A stretch of DNA of 64,000 nucleotides from an uncultured Chloroflexia bacterium (GCA_963751345.1 CAVVUS010000023.1:219595-283594), one strand, 5' to 3'; counted from the stretch's first letter, positions 12,403 to 23,940 are shown. Translations and numbers: made by a program. Notes: generated from the sequence alone by a model not told the origin.

Positions 12403-13071
12403 CTACCGAGTGCCGTTGACTGTGTTGGGACGCAGTGGTCTGGAAGGTACCAACCCGGCACGTACGGCGTAAAGTGCAGCTTGTGTGCGGCTGGACAGGT
12501 TCAGCTTCTCCAGTATGTGGCTGACGTGGGTTTTCGCGGTCTGCTCGGCGATGTGCAAAGTCCGGGAGATCTCCTTGTTTGACTTGCCCTGGGCAAGCAG
12601 CCGCAGTACATCCGTCTCGCGCTCAGTCAGCGAGTCCGCGCTCTGCTCGGGCGCGAAGAGCTCGTGCATCAGGCGTTCCGCGACCTGGGGGGCCAACTGC
12701 ACCTGGCCGGCAGCGGCGGCCTTGATCGCACGGCACAGTTCGTCGGCTCGGGTATCCTTGAGTAGATAGCCGATGGCTCCCGCGCGCACGGCATCGGCGA
12801 TCGTGGCTTGTTCCAGGACGCTGGTGAGCGCCACGACTTCGGTGTCGGGCATCTCGCTGCGGATGGCGACTGTTGCGGCAATGCCATCCATGACGGGCAT
12901 AATCAGATCCATCAGCACGACGTCAGGCGCAAGCTGGTGGGCGAGGCTGATAGCTTCCGCGCCGTTGCGCGCCTCGCCTACAATCTCTAGGTCCGGGTCT
13001 GAGCTCAGATACAGCCGCAATCCCTCCCGTACGACGCCGTGATCGTCCACAATCAATACACGGATCGGCAC
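12403..13071 (-). CDS. NarL/LuxR-family response regulator
   Basis: VDDH...DVVLMD receiver plus LTERETDVLRLLAQGKSNKEI HTH. Confidence 0.93.
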   Translation of the reverse strand: MPIRVLIVDDHGVVREGLRLYLSSDPDLEIVGEARNGAEAISLAHQLAPDVVLMDLIMPVMDGIAATVAIRSEMPDTEVVALTSVLEQATIADAVRAGAIGYLLKDTRADELCRAIKAAAAGQVQLAPQVAERLMHELFAPEQSADSLTERETDVLRLLAQGKSNKEISRTLHIAEQTAKTHVSHILEKLNLSSRTQAALYAVRAGLVPSRPLRPNTVNGTR

Positions 13072-13291
13072 CCCGTCCTCCTAATACTTTAGTATGTGCT
13101 CCGCATCACTCCAATGTATCCGCACAAGATACCCCACTCACGTGATGCGGAGACGTGAGCAACACTCTATACTGGTATTACGATTCGACGTGTGCGCCGT
13201 AGAATCGAGCTGGTCCCCGGAGCTTCCTGACAGCGATTATAGCATGCGCTCGACACCAGGGAAACACATCGGTTCACGACTTGGGGTGGAG

Positions 13292-13681
13292 ATGATACGG
13301 CTCGTAATTGTTGCAGGACAGCCAACACTCACGAAAGGCTTACAGATGCGTCTGGCAGCCGAATCGGACCTCGTGGTGGTTGGCGAGACGTTGGATTGTG
13401 AGGCTGCGTTGGACTTGGTCCAGCGACTCCGGCCCGACGTCGTGGTCGTCGACCTGGAGAGCCCACATAGGGATCAGATCGCGATGGCGAGCGTGCTTCG
13501 CGCCATCTGCCTGGAGGTCCCGGTCATCATCCTAAGCATGCACGATGACTCGCTTGAGCGCGCATGGGCGGAGCGGGCCAGTGTAGCTGCGTTTGTGGGG
13601 AAATTCCTACCGGTGGAGGCGCTGCTGACGACCATTAGAGGGGTCGTCGGCGGCTATGGGCCGGCCAAGCTCGGCTCTTGA
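13292..13681 (+). CDS. Stand-alone receiver-domain protein
   Basis: MIRLVIV...PDVVVVDL...VIILSMHD...FVGK; acidic pocket degenerate (AGQ). Confidence 0.7.
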   Translation: MIRLVIVAGQPTLTKGLQMRLAAESDLVVVGETLDCEAALDLVQRLRPDVVVVDLESPHRDQIAMASVLRAICLEVPVIILSMHDDSLERAWAERASVAAFVGKFLPVEALLTTIRGVVGGYGPAKLGS

Positions 13682-13853
13682 GACAAGTGACTAGGAGGTG
13701 AACTCGGGGACAAAGGATTTTGACACCGGCTTCATTGCTGGGCTTCCACATGCTACAGACGCGCAACAGGCTTATGGCGCACGTTTGAGATCGTTGGGGT
13801 GGCCCAGGAACCAGCTGCCGTAGGTCATCGGTACTATTGAAAGGAGCAATACT

Positions 13854-16800
13854 GTGCTTAGCCGTAAAATCCTAAACCTTCTGGTCCTGATATCCATGTT
13901 GGCGTCCCTCTTGGTTGTGGGTGGCGCGAGTCCTGCGAGCGCCGATAATGTACAGAGCCCCACCTGCTGCCCGCGACGAGCAGCGTCACGGCCTGCCCGA
14001 TCAGGTCCAACGGACGAGACGAAGGTCCCGCACTACTTCGGCCCCTGGCCGAACTGGGCCAACAGCGCCTACACGCTGCCGGATGTCACCGTGACGATCA
14101 ACGGCGACGGTATCCGGCGCAACGGCGGCTGCCACGGTCGGGGGCAATGGTGCCGTCACCGGCGTCGAGATCACCAATCCCGGAAGTGGCTACACGTCCG
14201 CTACAGTTGACTATCAGGCGGCGCCGGCAGCGGAGCGGCGGCTGATGCCATGGTCACAACCTCGAGGCGCGGTCACCAGCATCAATGGTAACCGCGGCGG
14301 GCGGCGCATACACCGACCCCGTCGCGGCCTTCTCGGCGGGGGACGGGACCGGGCCGCGGCGACCGTCTACGGCGGCGTCGATGACGATCACATTGGTGAC
14401 TGCGGGCAGCGGGTACACGATGCCTACCGTCGACTTCGATCTACCGGATGACCCCAACGGGACGATCGCCAAGGCACACGTCGATTGGGATCCGGTCACG
14501 GGCGTCATTTCGGACGTCGTGGTGGATGATCCGGGGTCCGGGTACTCCTTTGCGCCGAACGTGGTTATCCGGGATGGTACCCAGTTCGAGCCCCTCAACA
14601 CTCGTGCACTCAACGCCGCCAAAGCCGCCCGCGAGGCAGCTCTGGCCTCCCCGAGCGCGGATGCAGTCCCTTCCAGCGCCATAGCCCCCCTGGCCGTGCC
14701 GCGGACGTTAATGCAACCGCCACCGCGACCTTGTTCGTCTCGGCGGTGAAGGTCGACACCAACGGCTCGGGGTACACGTCTGCACCGGCGGTGACCATCC
14801 TCGACGCGACCGGGATCGGCAGTGGTGCGGCAGCCACGGCGTTCACCGATATTGGCGCAGTCACTGCCATTACCCTGACCGCCGCCGGCTCGGGCTACGT
14901 CACGCCGGGCGGCATCCAGAAATTCCAGGATGGCCTGCCGATGCTGTGTGACCCCTCCGTCGGCTGCACCGACAATGACCTGGGGCAGCATGTCCCGCTC
15001 GCCGTGCCCGACACGACGACTTTCCCGGGTGCCGACTACTACGTGATCGCGCTGGTCCAGACGCGCGAGCAGATGAACTCGTCCCTACCTATCACGGGCA
15101 CACTGCTACGCGAGTACGTGCAGCTCGAGACCGCCGATAATTTCTCCTGGAGCAAGCACGTCGCTCTGCGGACTGAAATGCTCGATGGCACATCCGTGCC
15201 GACCCTCATGCCCGACGGATCTCAAGCCGTTGCAGTTGACGATCCGCACTATCTGGGACCGATCATCCAGACACAGAAGGATCAGCCGGTCCGCATCCTC
15301 TTCTACAACCTGCTGCCGACCGGAGCCGCCGGCGACCTGTTCTTCCCGATGGACTCCACCTTCATGGGCGCCGGGATGGGTCCGGAAGCTATGGATGCCA
15401 TGCAGCCGGAGGATCTGGGCACCGTCATGGACCAGGTGCGCAACCCCATGTGCAGCGAGAAGATGACGCCCATGGAGCGCAGCCTGTGCTTCGCGGACAC
15501 GCGGGCAAGCCTCCACCTTCACGGCGGCATCACCCCGTGGATCAGCGATGGCTCACCGCACCAGTGGATCACGCCGGCTAATGAGCAGACCGGCTACCCC
15601 GAGGGTGTCGCCGTCCGGCAGGTCCCGGATATGGTGGGACAGGCCGCGATCGATGCAGGCATCCCTGACTGCTCGGCGGCGAATGACGGCTGCATGACCT
15701 TCTACTACACCAACCAGCAGAGCGCGCGGCTGATGTTCTATCACGACCACGCCTGGGGCATCACGCGGCTCAACGTGTACGCGGGCGAGGCTGCCGGCTA
15801 TATCATCCGCGACGCCACCGAGAAGGCGCTCATCGACGCCGGTGTGATCCCGAGCGGTGCCGACGAGATTCCGTTGATCGTTCAGGACAAGACCTTTGTC
15901 CCGAGCGCGGCCCAGATGGCAGAACAAGATCCCACGTGGGACTACAGCCGCTGGGGCAGTGAGGGCGACCTGTGGTACGAGCACGTTTATATGCCGGCCC
16001 AGAACCCCAACGACCCCTCGGGCCTGAGCACCGTAGGGCGCTGGTTCTATGGACCATGGTTCTGGCCACCCTCGTCCCCGACCTATCCGGCGATCGATAA
16101 CCCGTACTACAATAAGGATCCCGATGGCGCGGACAATATCCGGGGCAACGCAGACGACTGGTTGAACGACTTGGCAACGCCATGTCGCCTGGACGACCCC
16201 GCCACCTGGCAGTACGACACGGACCCCTACTGCGAGCCGCCCCAGATCCCCGGCACGCCGAACAACTCGGCCGGGATGGAGCAGTTCAACGACACGCCAA
16301 CCGTCAACGGTACCGCCTACCCGACGGTCACGCTCGAGCCGAAGGCGTACCGGTTCCGCATCCTTAACGCCGCCAACGACCGCTTCTTCAACTTCCAGTG
16401 GTACATCGCCGACCCGACGACCGGGACCGATAGCGAGGTCGCGCTGGATCCCTCGCTCTTGGCGGCTGCACAGCTCGACCCGAACGTCTTCCCGGTTCCT
16501 CTCGAGAGCATGGTCATCAGCGGCACGACCGTCGATCTGAAGGGGCCGGACTGGATCCAGATCGGCACCGAGGGCGGCTTCCTGCCGGCACCGGTGGTGG
16601 TGGACGGTCAGCAGGAGACCACCTGGATCATCGACCCGACCCGGTTCGACGTCGGCAATGTGGATAAGCACTCGCATGTTGGTGGCGCCTGCCGAGCGGA
16701 CCGACGTGATCGTCGACTTCTCGCAGTTCGCGGGGAAGACGCTGATCCTCTACAATGACGCGCCCGCAGCGTTCCCGGCACGCATCTCCACCTACGACTA

Positions 16801-18758
16801 CTACACCGGCGCCCCGGACCTCAGCCCGGCAGGCGCTCCTACCGACCTTGCCCGGGTACGGGCCGAACACCCGCACCATCATGCAGGTCGTGATCACGAA
16901 CACATCCACCCCGGCGCCTAGGTACGACCTGCGCGCACTCCAGCGCTGCCTTCCGCCATCACGCGATGGCTCGGGCGTCTTCGAGTCCGGCCAGAATCCG
17001 ACCATCGTCGGGCAAGCCGGCTACAACTCAGCCTACGGCACGGACTTCGTCTCCGGAAGCTGGTGTAACGATCCCGCGGCGCCCCCAGACACACCGTGTG
17101 ATGGTTTCGCGCGGATCAGCGAGCAGGGCCACGATATGTTCAAGTTCGACACCCTGATCGGCATCCAAAGCGGCACCCAGATCAGTGTCAGCATCGAGCC
17201 TAAGGCCATCCATGACGAGACGAACGCCACGAACTTCGAGCCGTGGGGCCGGATGTCGGGCAACCTAGGCGTCGAGGCCGTCCCCGCCACACCACTGGGG
17301 CAGACCATCGTGCTGTACCCGTTCGTGAACCCGCCGACCGAGCTCTTCGACGCCACGAACTTGCCGACGACCGACACGGTGACGCCGATCGCGGTAGCGG
17401 ATGACGGGACCCAGATCTGGAAGTTCACGCACAACGGCGTGGACACGCACCCGATCCACTTCCACCTCTACGACCTCCAGCTGCTCAACCGGGTGACGTG
17501 GGATAACATCGTCATCGCGCCCGAACCCGGAGAACTCGGCTGGAAGGACACGGTGCGGGTGAGCCCGTTGGAAGACACCTACTTCGCCATCCGGCCGATC
17601 ATCCCGGTCATCCCATGGGAGATCCCGAACAGCATCCGACCGCTCAGCCCGGAGATGCCGCTCGGCAGCACCGGGGAACCAGGGATGTTCAACTCGACCG
17701 ACGCGAATGGGAACCCAACCGACCCGATCGTCAACAAGCTGGTCAACTTCGGCTGGGAGTACATGATGCACTGTCACATCCTCTCGCACGAGGAGATGGA
17801 TATGATGCGACCGCAGGTCGGTGGCTGTACCGCCGGTCGCGCCGGATGGGCTGGCCTACACGATCAGCGGGAGCAACCTCGGTCCTGAGCTGGAACGACA
17901 ACTCGATCAGCGAGACGGGGTACGGCGTCCAGCGGTCCACAGATGGCGGTCTGACCTGGAACAATCTGGGGGTCGTCGACTCGCCGCTGAACGTGCCGAA
18001 CACCAGTGGTACCACGCGTTCCTACATCGACACCTCGCGCGTGCAGGGCACGGCCTACACCTATCGGGTCCTCGCCCTCAACACCGTCGGCTACGGTGGC
18101 GCGTACCCGTCCATGACGGTGCAGTCGGCATCGCCGACGCTGCTGGTGGGCGCGCCGGCGGCGCCGTCGAATGTGAACGCCACGGCTGCACCATCGGGAG
18201 GCTACGCCACGGTCACGGTGACGTGGACGGACAACTGCCAGCAACGAGACCTCCTTCACGATTCAGCGGGCGACTGATGCAGCCTTCACCACTGGTCTGC
18301 TCACGCGCAACGTAGCGGCCAACAGCACTACATATACGACGGGAATCCTGCCAGTGGGGGTGGACTTCTACTTCAGGGTCAGGGCGAATAACGCGATAGG
18401 GTCATCCGCGTGGGTGAACGCGGTCCCGTTCCCGATACATGTCACACCAGCGACCGTTCCTGCGGCTCCATCCAACGTAGATGTGCAGCTGTGGTGCGCA
18501 TCCGCGGGGCCTATGCGACGGTCACGCTGACCTGGACGGATAACTCCAACAATGAGAGCCGACTTCACAATCCAGCGCGCCATCGATGCGGCCTTCACCG
18601 CGGGCGTACTACACGCTAGGGGCGGCTGCCAACAGTGTCACCTATCTACGTCAGGACAGTCCCCGTGGCCTTAACTTCTACTACAGGATCCGCGCGAACA
18701 ACGCGGCAGGGTCATCTGCTTGGGTCAACGCACGCCGTTCCCTGTCCCCACGCCTTAG
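13854..18758 (+). CDS. Large secreted multicopper oxidase with GSGY repeats and C-terminal fibronectin type III repeats (Geobacter OmpB-like architecture), split by several indels
   Basis: Signal peptide; Cu motifs HLHGG, FYHDH, HPIHFH, HCHILSHEEMDMM; FN3 repeats (LSWNDNS..ETG..VQR, YRVLALN). Confidence 0.85.
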
Positions 18759-18992
18759 CTAGGCTAGGACTCAGGCTGGCCGCCGTCGGCTAGCGCGGTC
18801 ACTGCGCGAACCGAGTGCGTACAGGCAGCGGAGGGCGGTACGAGTACACATCGCAGGTGCAGATTGAAGGGAGCGGCAAGTCAGCTGTGGCCATAGCCTA
18901 CGGGGAGCTTGTGCCAGAGCGGCTGATGGTAGCGTAGCCATAGATTGCGATGTACAATTCGAGGCGTAGCGATCGACATACAGGAGGAAGCG

Positions 18993-19247
18993 ATGGACCA
19001 CCAATAGAGCAACCAGCCGGATGTGTCAGACGAGCGGTTTCAGGGCTGCCCACAGGAGAAGCTGGTCTGGCATGCACCGAAGTGCTTTGCCTTGGGCGTG
19101 AGAGCAACGCGTGGCGGGCACGGTCACGAGGTCGATACGGGGGGGCAGACCTACACCTTCACTCGGCTGCCCCACATCGATATGGGCTACCTGCCTTGTG
19201 CGCATCCCGACCGGATCACGGATAGCCGATCGGGAATACGTTGCTAG
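18993..19247 (+). CDS. Candidate lasso peptide precursor (in-frame TAG at 19005; alternative GTG start at 19023)
   Basis: AGGAGG RBS; KLVWHAPKCFALGVRATR|GGHGHEVD: WxxP leader motif, Thr at -2, Gly1, Asp8. Confidence 0.65.
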
Positions 19248-19390
19248 GCTGAAAGGCCTAGTGACGTCAGCTTGGTGTCAGCATAGGGCGACCTGCCCAG
19301 TTGTCGTGGAAGATTAACACCAGCAGCGCTCTGCCGTGGGGGGCCCAACTCAGGCGTCAGTGGCGATGTTGATTAAGCATAGTCAAGTTC

Positions 19391-19421
19391 ACCGGCGGCA
19401 CGAACCTTTCGTGCCGCCGGT
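19391..19421. terminator. Strong hairpin between convergent transcription units
   Basis: ACCGGCGGCACGAA-CCT-TTCGTGCCGCCGGT, 14-bp perfect stem. Confidence 0.7.
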
Positions 19422-19435
19422 TGCATGTCGGCTCG

Positions 19436-19590
19436 TTAGGGGAGGCGGCACTCGGGTTCAGGGCCACCAGGTGACCGCCCACAGAACACCGGATTCGCCC
19501 AGCTTGCCATCGCCGGTGCCGTCCCTGACCATTATGGCTAGGGTTTGCGTAACCCGGTCTGCTTCCACGAAGCGCGGTCTCCCTTCAGTC
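19436..19590 (-). other. Unassigned structured element and/or 36-codon sORF (MEADRVTQTLAIMVRDGTGDGKLGESGVLWAVTWWP)
   Basis: Several complementary segments; GGGAG upstream of a GTG start. Confidence 0.4.
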
Positions 19591-19599
19591 TAGAGGCGG

Positions 19600-21339
19600 T
19601 GCTGCAGTCTAGCCAAGAGGATCTTGAGCACCGGAGCGATGCTGTCTCTGCTTGTGCAGCAATGGCTGTGTCAGTCTTTGAATCGAACCAGCGAACGCTC
19701 TCTGGGAGGATGCCACCGAGCTAAGCCGATAGAGATAGCGCCGCACGCCATGTCGGACGAACATCGTCGGCGGGAGGCCCAGCGCAAACTCAACGACACG
19801 ACGGTCGAGGAGCGGGAATCGATAGACAATGCCGTGCTCTGCTCCGTGGGATGCCCGAGATTCGGCGCGCCACGTTAGGTGCCCGCGCCGTAGCAGCGCG
19901 ATCTGCGTGCCCCGAACGCTTGATCGAGCGACCTGACGGGGCAGTCGCCGATGCCGGCGCTCTGGAGGGCTTCTGCGAGTTCCGGCGACAGGAACAGAGA
20001 ACACCTGCGCCAGTGATGCGATTCGATCCTCGGTTGGGCGTTGGCGAACCGCCCGGAGGACCAAGTTCGGGCATCATAGGGCGTAGCAACGTGGCAGCTA
20101 CGGTGCGGACGGTCGCGCGATCCTGCACCTTGGCTTCCCGCCACAAGCGTACCCCACTTCCCGCGCCAGAACAAGTCCGCATAGAAACCACGGCCGTTGA
20201 AGGACGCGAGTTCGTCGCCGCCCCAGCCCGACAACAGAACACGGACCCCGGACTCGCTGGCCAGACGGTTCACGGTGAGCTCCATCCGGGCCGTGACGGC
20301 AGGACGCGTCGTGATATCGCGATCAAAGAGCGCAATCCAGTCGCCGGTCGTGGCCGCGGCATAGCGTATTGGCATGTCTTCCTGCCGGCTGATCTCGTCG
20401 ACACGGTGCCGCTCATCGTCGAGGCCCAGTGAGGCTCCGGTCCTCAACCGGAGGCGACCAGGAGAAGCCAGCAGCTATATCTTTGCTTTGCGCCCGGAGC
20501 GCGCGTGCTGCCAGGACCGCTACCGAGGACGAGTCTAGGCCGCCGCTGATGTGCGCACCCACCGGGTAGGATGAGCGGACTCGGCATTCGACGGCTTTCG
20601 TCAGAAGTTCTCGCAACGCGTCAGCGTAGGCCGCGTCCGAGGGCAGCCGCACGGCTCGCGCATGCTCGGGATGCCAGTACTGCCACTGTTTGAGTCCGTC
20701 CTGGCCCACCGACAGGGCATGCGCCGGCGGGAGCTTCGCGACCTGAGCGTAGAAGCTGCGCGCCAGGTGCACGGTAGGGTTCTGGCTCATGTAACCAGCA
20801 AGGGTGGCAATGTCGAGCACTGGCTCGATGCCCTCGAAGGCAAGCATCCCTCTGACATCCGTTGCGAAGCAGAAGCCGGTCTGGGTTGCGTGGTAGTGGA
20901 AGGGCATCACACCGAAGATGTCGCGCGCACAGAACAGCCTCCGCAGGCGCGCATCCCAGATGGCGAAGGCGAAGTCGCCCAGCAGGTGCTCCGGCGTCGC
21001 CTCGCCCCACTTCTGGTAGGCCAGCAGGATGAGCCGGCTGTCGGGCATCGCGGGCCTTCTTGCGGCGTCACCCGTAGCGCGCCGAAGAGCTCGTCGCGGT
21101 TGTCGATCCGCGCATCGGCCGTGATCGTGAGCCCGGCGACAGCATCGTGGTAGGGCAGGCGCTCGACCTGCGACTCGGGGGTCACCCACATCATCTGGTG
21201 GCCCAGCGCGGCACTGCCCTCACACCAGACACCTGACCCATCCACGGCGTAGTGGCGCCATCGCGGCCATCGGTGCCGCCAGGTCGGCCGGGGAGGCGGG
21301 CCTGCCGTCGAATCGGACGATCCCGCAGATCGCGCTCAA
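19600..21339 (-). CDS. Lasso cyclase (asparagine synthetase-like, C protein), split by indels
   Basis: MSAICGIV start, DARIDNRDEL, GDFAFAIWD...RDIFGVMP, ISGGLDSSSV, LSGWGGDE, RFPLLDRRVVEFALGLP. Confidence 0.88.
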
Positions 21340-21790
21340 GGGGTCACGCCCCTTTCGTCTGCAAAGCTGTTGACAACACAGAATCGCTGACGTCCGGCCC
21401 CGCCGATGACGATGGTCTCGCCACATCGGAGCCACGCGTGCGCGTCCAGAGCCACCCCATCGGCTTTAGCGACACCCAGGTAGAGGGTGCTGGGAAGGCC
21501 GCGCCGGTGGAGCATCCGCTGGGCGGCGATAGCCTGGTCGAAGCAGTAGGATCTTCCACGGGACATACCGCCGGACCGCGCGGATGGCCCACCCAGACGC
21601 GTGGCAGCCTGCTGGTCCGGCGCACCTCGTGCGGGGACTCCGCCATCTGCTGTCCCAGGTGCTGGCGCGATGGTTCGGAAGGGCAGCACCACCACGGCCA
21701 GCCGCGCGACCGCCAGCCAGAGGGTGGCCTCCACGACCAACCGCCGATCAGCCGGTGGCAGGGAGCGGCGTCCGGACCTTACGGGCCAAC
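21336..21790 (-). CDS. Lasso peptide B2 leader peptidase (transglutaminase-like)
   Basis: LVVEATLWLAVARL..LPF, CFDQAIAAQRML, LYLGV, AHAW catalytic Cys/His motifs. Confidence 0.88.
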
Positions 21791-22078
21791 GATCTCCAGG
21801 AGTTCGGCATCCAGCAGCACGCCCAGGAACTGGTTGACGTCGCGACGGCAAGTGTCGGCGTCGACGTCGTAGGTGTCCATCAGCTGGTCGCAGATCGAGG
21901 ACACCGAGCACGGCGACCCCACAATGTCCCAGATACGCGTGCCGATATCATCAAAGCCGTAGTACATGCCCTTGTCGACGTTCATCGCAGCCGTCTCGTT
22001 ACCCACCGGTGCTGAGATCGACCCGGGCCGTCGCACAACCACGGTATCCAGCGTGAGCCCAGCAGTCATTCGGCTCAA
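21779..22078 (-). CDS. PqqD-family RiPP recognition element (lasso B1)
   Basis: GMYYGFDDIGTRIWD...ICDQLMDTYDVDADTCRRDVNQFL. Confidence 0.9.
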   Translation of the reverse strand: MSRMTAGLTLDTVVVRRPGSISAPVGNETAAMNVDKGMYYGFDDIGTRIWDIVGSPCSVSSICDQLMDTYDVDADTCRRDVNQFLGVLLDAELLEIVGP

Positions 22079-22131
22079 GGATTCCTCCTATGCAATCGAG
22101 TTGTTGCCAGCGGGTCGGCTGGCGATCGGCC

Positions 22132-23014
22132 CTAGAAGGCCGGGTAGCCGTCATCTGTCAGGTAGCCGAACCGGCGCATCACATCGCCGTGCGCTGCGAT
22201 GATGCTCGCGACGTGGTCGGATGTGAGCGCCTCCCGCCACGTCCCCACCTCGCCCCTCCGGAAGAACGACGTCGCGAGCGGCATCTTCTCACCGAAGCCA
22301 TGCTCCTGCTCCTGACGCCGTAGCTCGTGGAAGCTGGAGAAGGCCAGGGCTTTCTCAATACGCGCGACATCATCCTCAAGTCCCAGGTAACGGACAGCCC
22401 ACGAAAGGTCTCCAGCGTCCGCGCCTTCATATCCTCGTAGCGCACGACGTGGACGTCAAGGGATGGCTCGTCGACCCAGCTGACGACGTGCCCGCTCCAG
22501 GTGAGCAGGCGCTGCCGCAGTTGGTTGTACAGCCGGTCCTCGCGATCGACAAAGGCGAATTCAGGGTCGTTCATCTTCGCGATCATCTTGTCCACCGAGG
22601 TTGCGCTGTGATGTGCAAAGGAGACGGCAACGTCCAGGGGGTTGCGGATGAGGTAGAGCACGCCCTTAGTGGCCTCCGACGGAACGAGGGGCGATCCGTC
22701 TGGGTGTGTAGGTGAAAGCGTCGTGGATCTTCAGGTAGAGGGTCTCACTGCTGTTAGCAGCGACCTGCACGGTAGACCCTAGGCCGGTAACGCTCGATCT
22801 CGTCCTGCGTCAGGTCCGAGGCCTCGACGCCCACGGCTTCGTCGAAGATGGTGCGGGCACTGGCGATGGGGCCCCCTGTATCCAGGCTGTTGATGTCGAC
22901 GGGCTTGTCGCCATCGGCAAGGTAGTTGCTCAGGAAGGCGCGCATCCACGTGTTGCCCGACTTGGGGTAGGAGGCCAGCCAGACGATGCGGCGAGCGCCA
23001 GGGGCGTCAGTCAC
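22132..23014 (-). CDS. PAPS-dependent sulfotransferase (split by indels)
   Basis: 5'-PSB WLASYPKSGNTW, 3'-PB YLIRNPLDVAVS, WSGHVVSW, VRYEDM, FFRRGEVGTW. Confidence 0.9.
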
Positions 23015-23940
23015 GCGGCCCTCTCCCATCAAGTCCTCCTCAACAGCTGAAGCCAGCTCATCGAGCAGGTAGGGGTGCGTGGGTCGCGTCACGCGTACAA
23101 CGCGGGCGGCGTTGGCCGCCATCGCCACCAGGCTGAAGTGTTCGACGCGCATGGCCAGTCCATCCAGGAAGCGGCCCCGGTAGGTGTTGTGAAGGAGGAC
23201 CCCGAACTTGCGCGCATCCTCGACCGGCGCCAGCAGGAGCTCCTGCCTTGTTGTGCGTCTGCAGCAGGTAGACCGCGTACAGAGGCAGCGGTTCGCGAGC
23301 GAACTGGGCTTCGAGCGGTACGGCGTACTTGTCAAGCTGGGGGCGGACGCGGCGCAGTGAGTCCGTGTCGAGCTCGAGTCTCCTGGCCGCATCCGCCCAG
23401 AGCTTGGTCTGGGGATAGCCCGGCAGCACGATTGGGGTGGCCGTACCATCGGTCGTGGGCGCAATCGCGCAGACGTCGTCGGCAAGGAGCCGGTAGCCAC
23501 GCTGCCACAGCGCCGCGGCGAGCGTCGACTTGCCACTGCCGGAGGTCCCGGAGATCAGGACGGCCCCCTTCGGCGTCTCGATCGCGCTTGCGTGGATAAC
23601 GAGCAGCCCGCGCTGATGGAGCAGGGCAGCCGAGAGCCGAGCCCAGCAGGAAGAGCCGGATCTCGTCATCGGTGGCGCCAGGTACGGGTTCGACCACGAT
23701 GTCCCGCCCGTCCGTCACGTAGTAGCCCGCGATGGCATCCAGCCTGAGCAGGAACTCGTTCGGCTTGGCCTGATAGAGCACCCCGGTGCCGACCGGGTCG
23801 TCAAGCTCCTGAGGAACCTGACCTAGGCGGATCCGGACGGCATCCTCCGGCACGTCCTGCAGGGGGAGGGGGAGGAGCTCCGGGAGCTCGAAGTCGGAGA
23901 TGATGGTCAGTCCGTAGGCGGTGTATGTATAGGGCGTCAT
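23011..23940 (-). CDS. HPr kinase-like lasso-associated kinase (split by indels)
   Basis: YTAYGLTIISD..LPEL, RLFLLGS, HASAI, P-loop GTSGSGKST, LADD. Confidence 0.85.

Noticed and set aside
13740-13850. c-di-GMP riboswitch upstream of the multicopper oxidase
   Set aside because: It ends in CCAGCTGCC but lacks the GGCAAA/GACGCAAA (class I) and GTAGTGCAACC (class II) elements
19005-19007. Pyrrolysine readthrough of the precursor TAG
   Set aside because: No pyl genes in the window; the position is in a variable leader region; error or mutation is simpler
19436-19590. Firm call as 6S RNA, SRP RNA or a cobalamin/Moco riboswitch
   Set aside because: Short and asymmetric for 6S, and the diagnostic motifs of the others are absent; kept as unassigned
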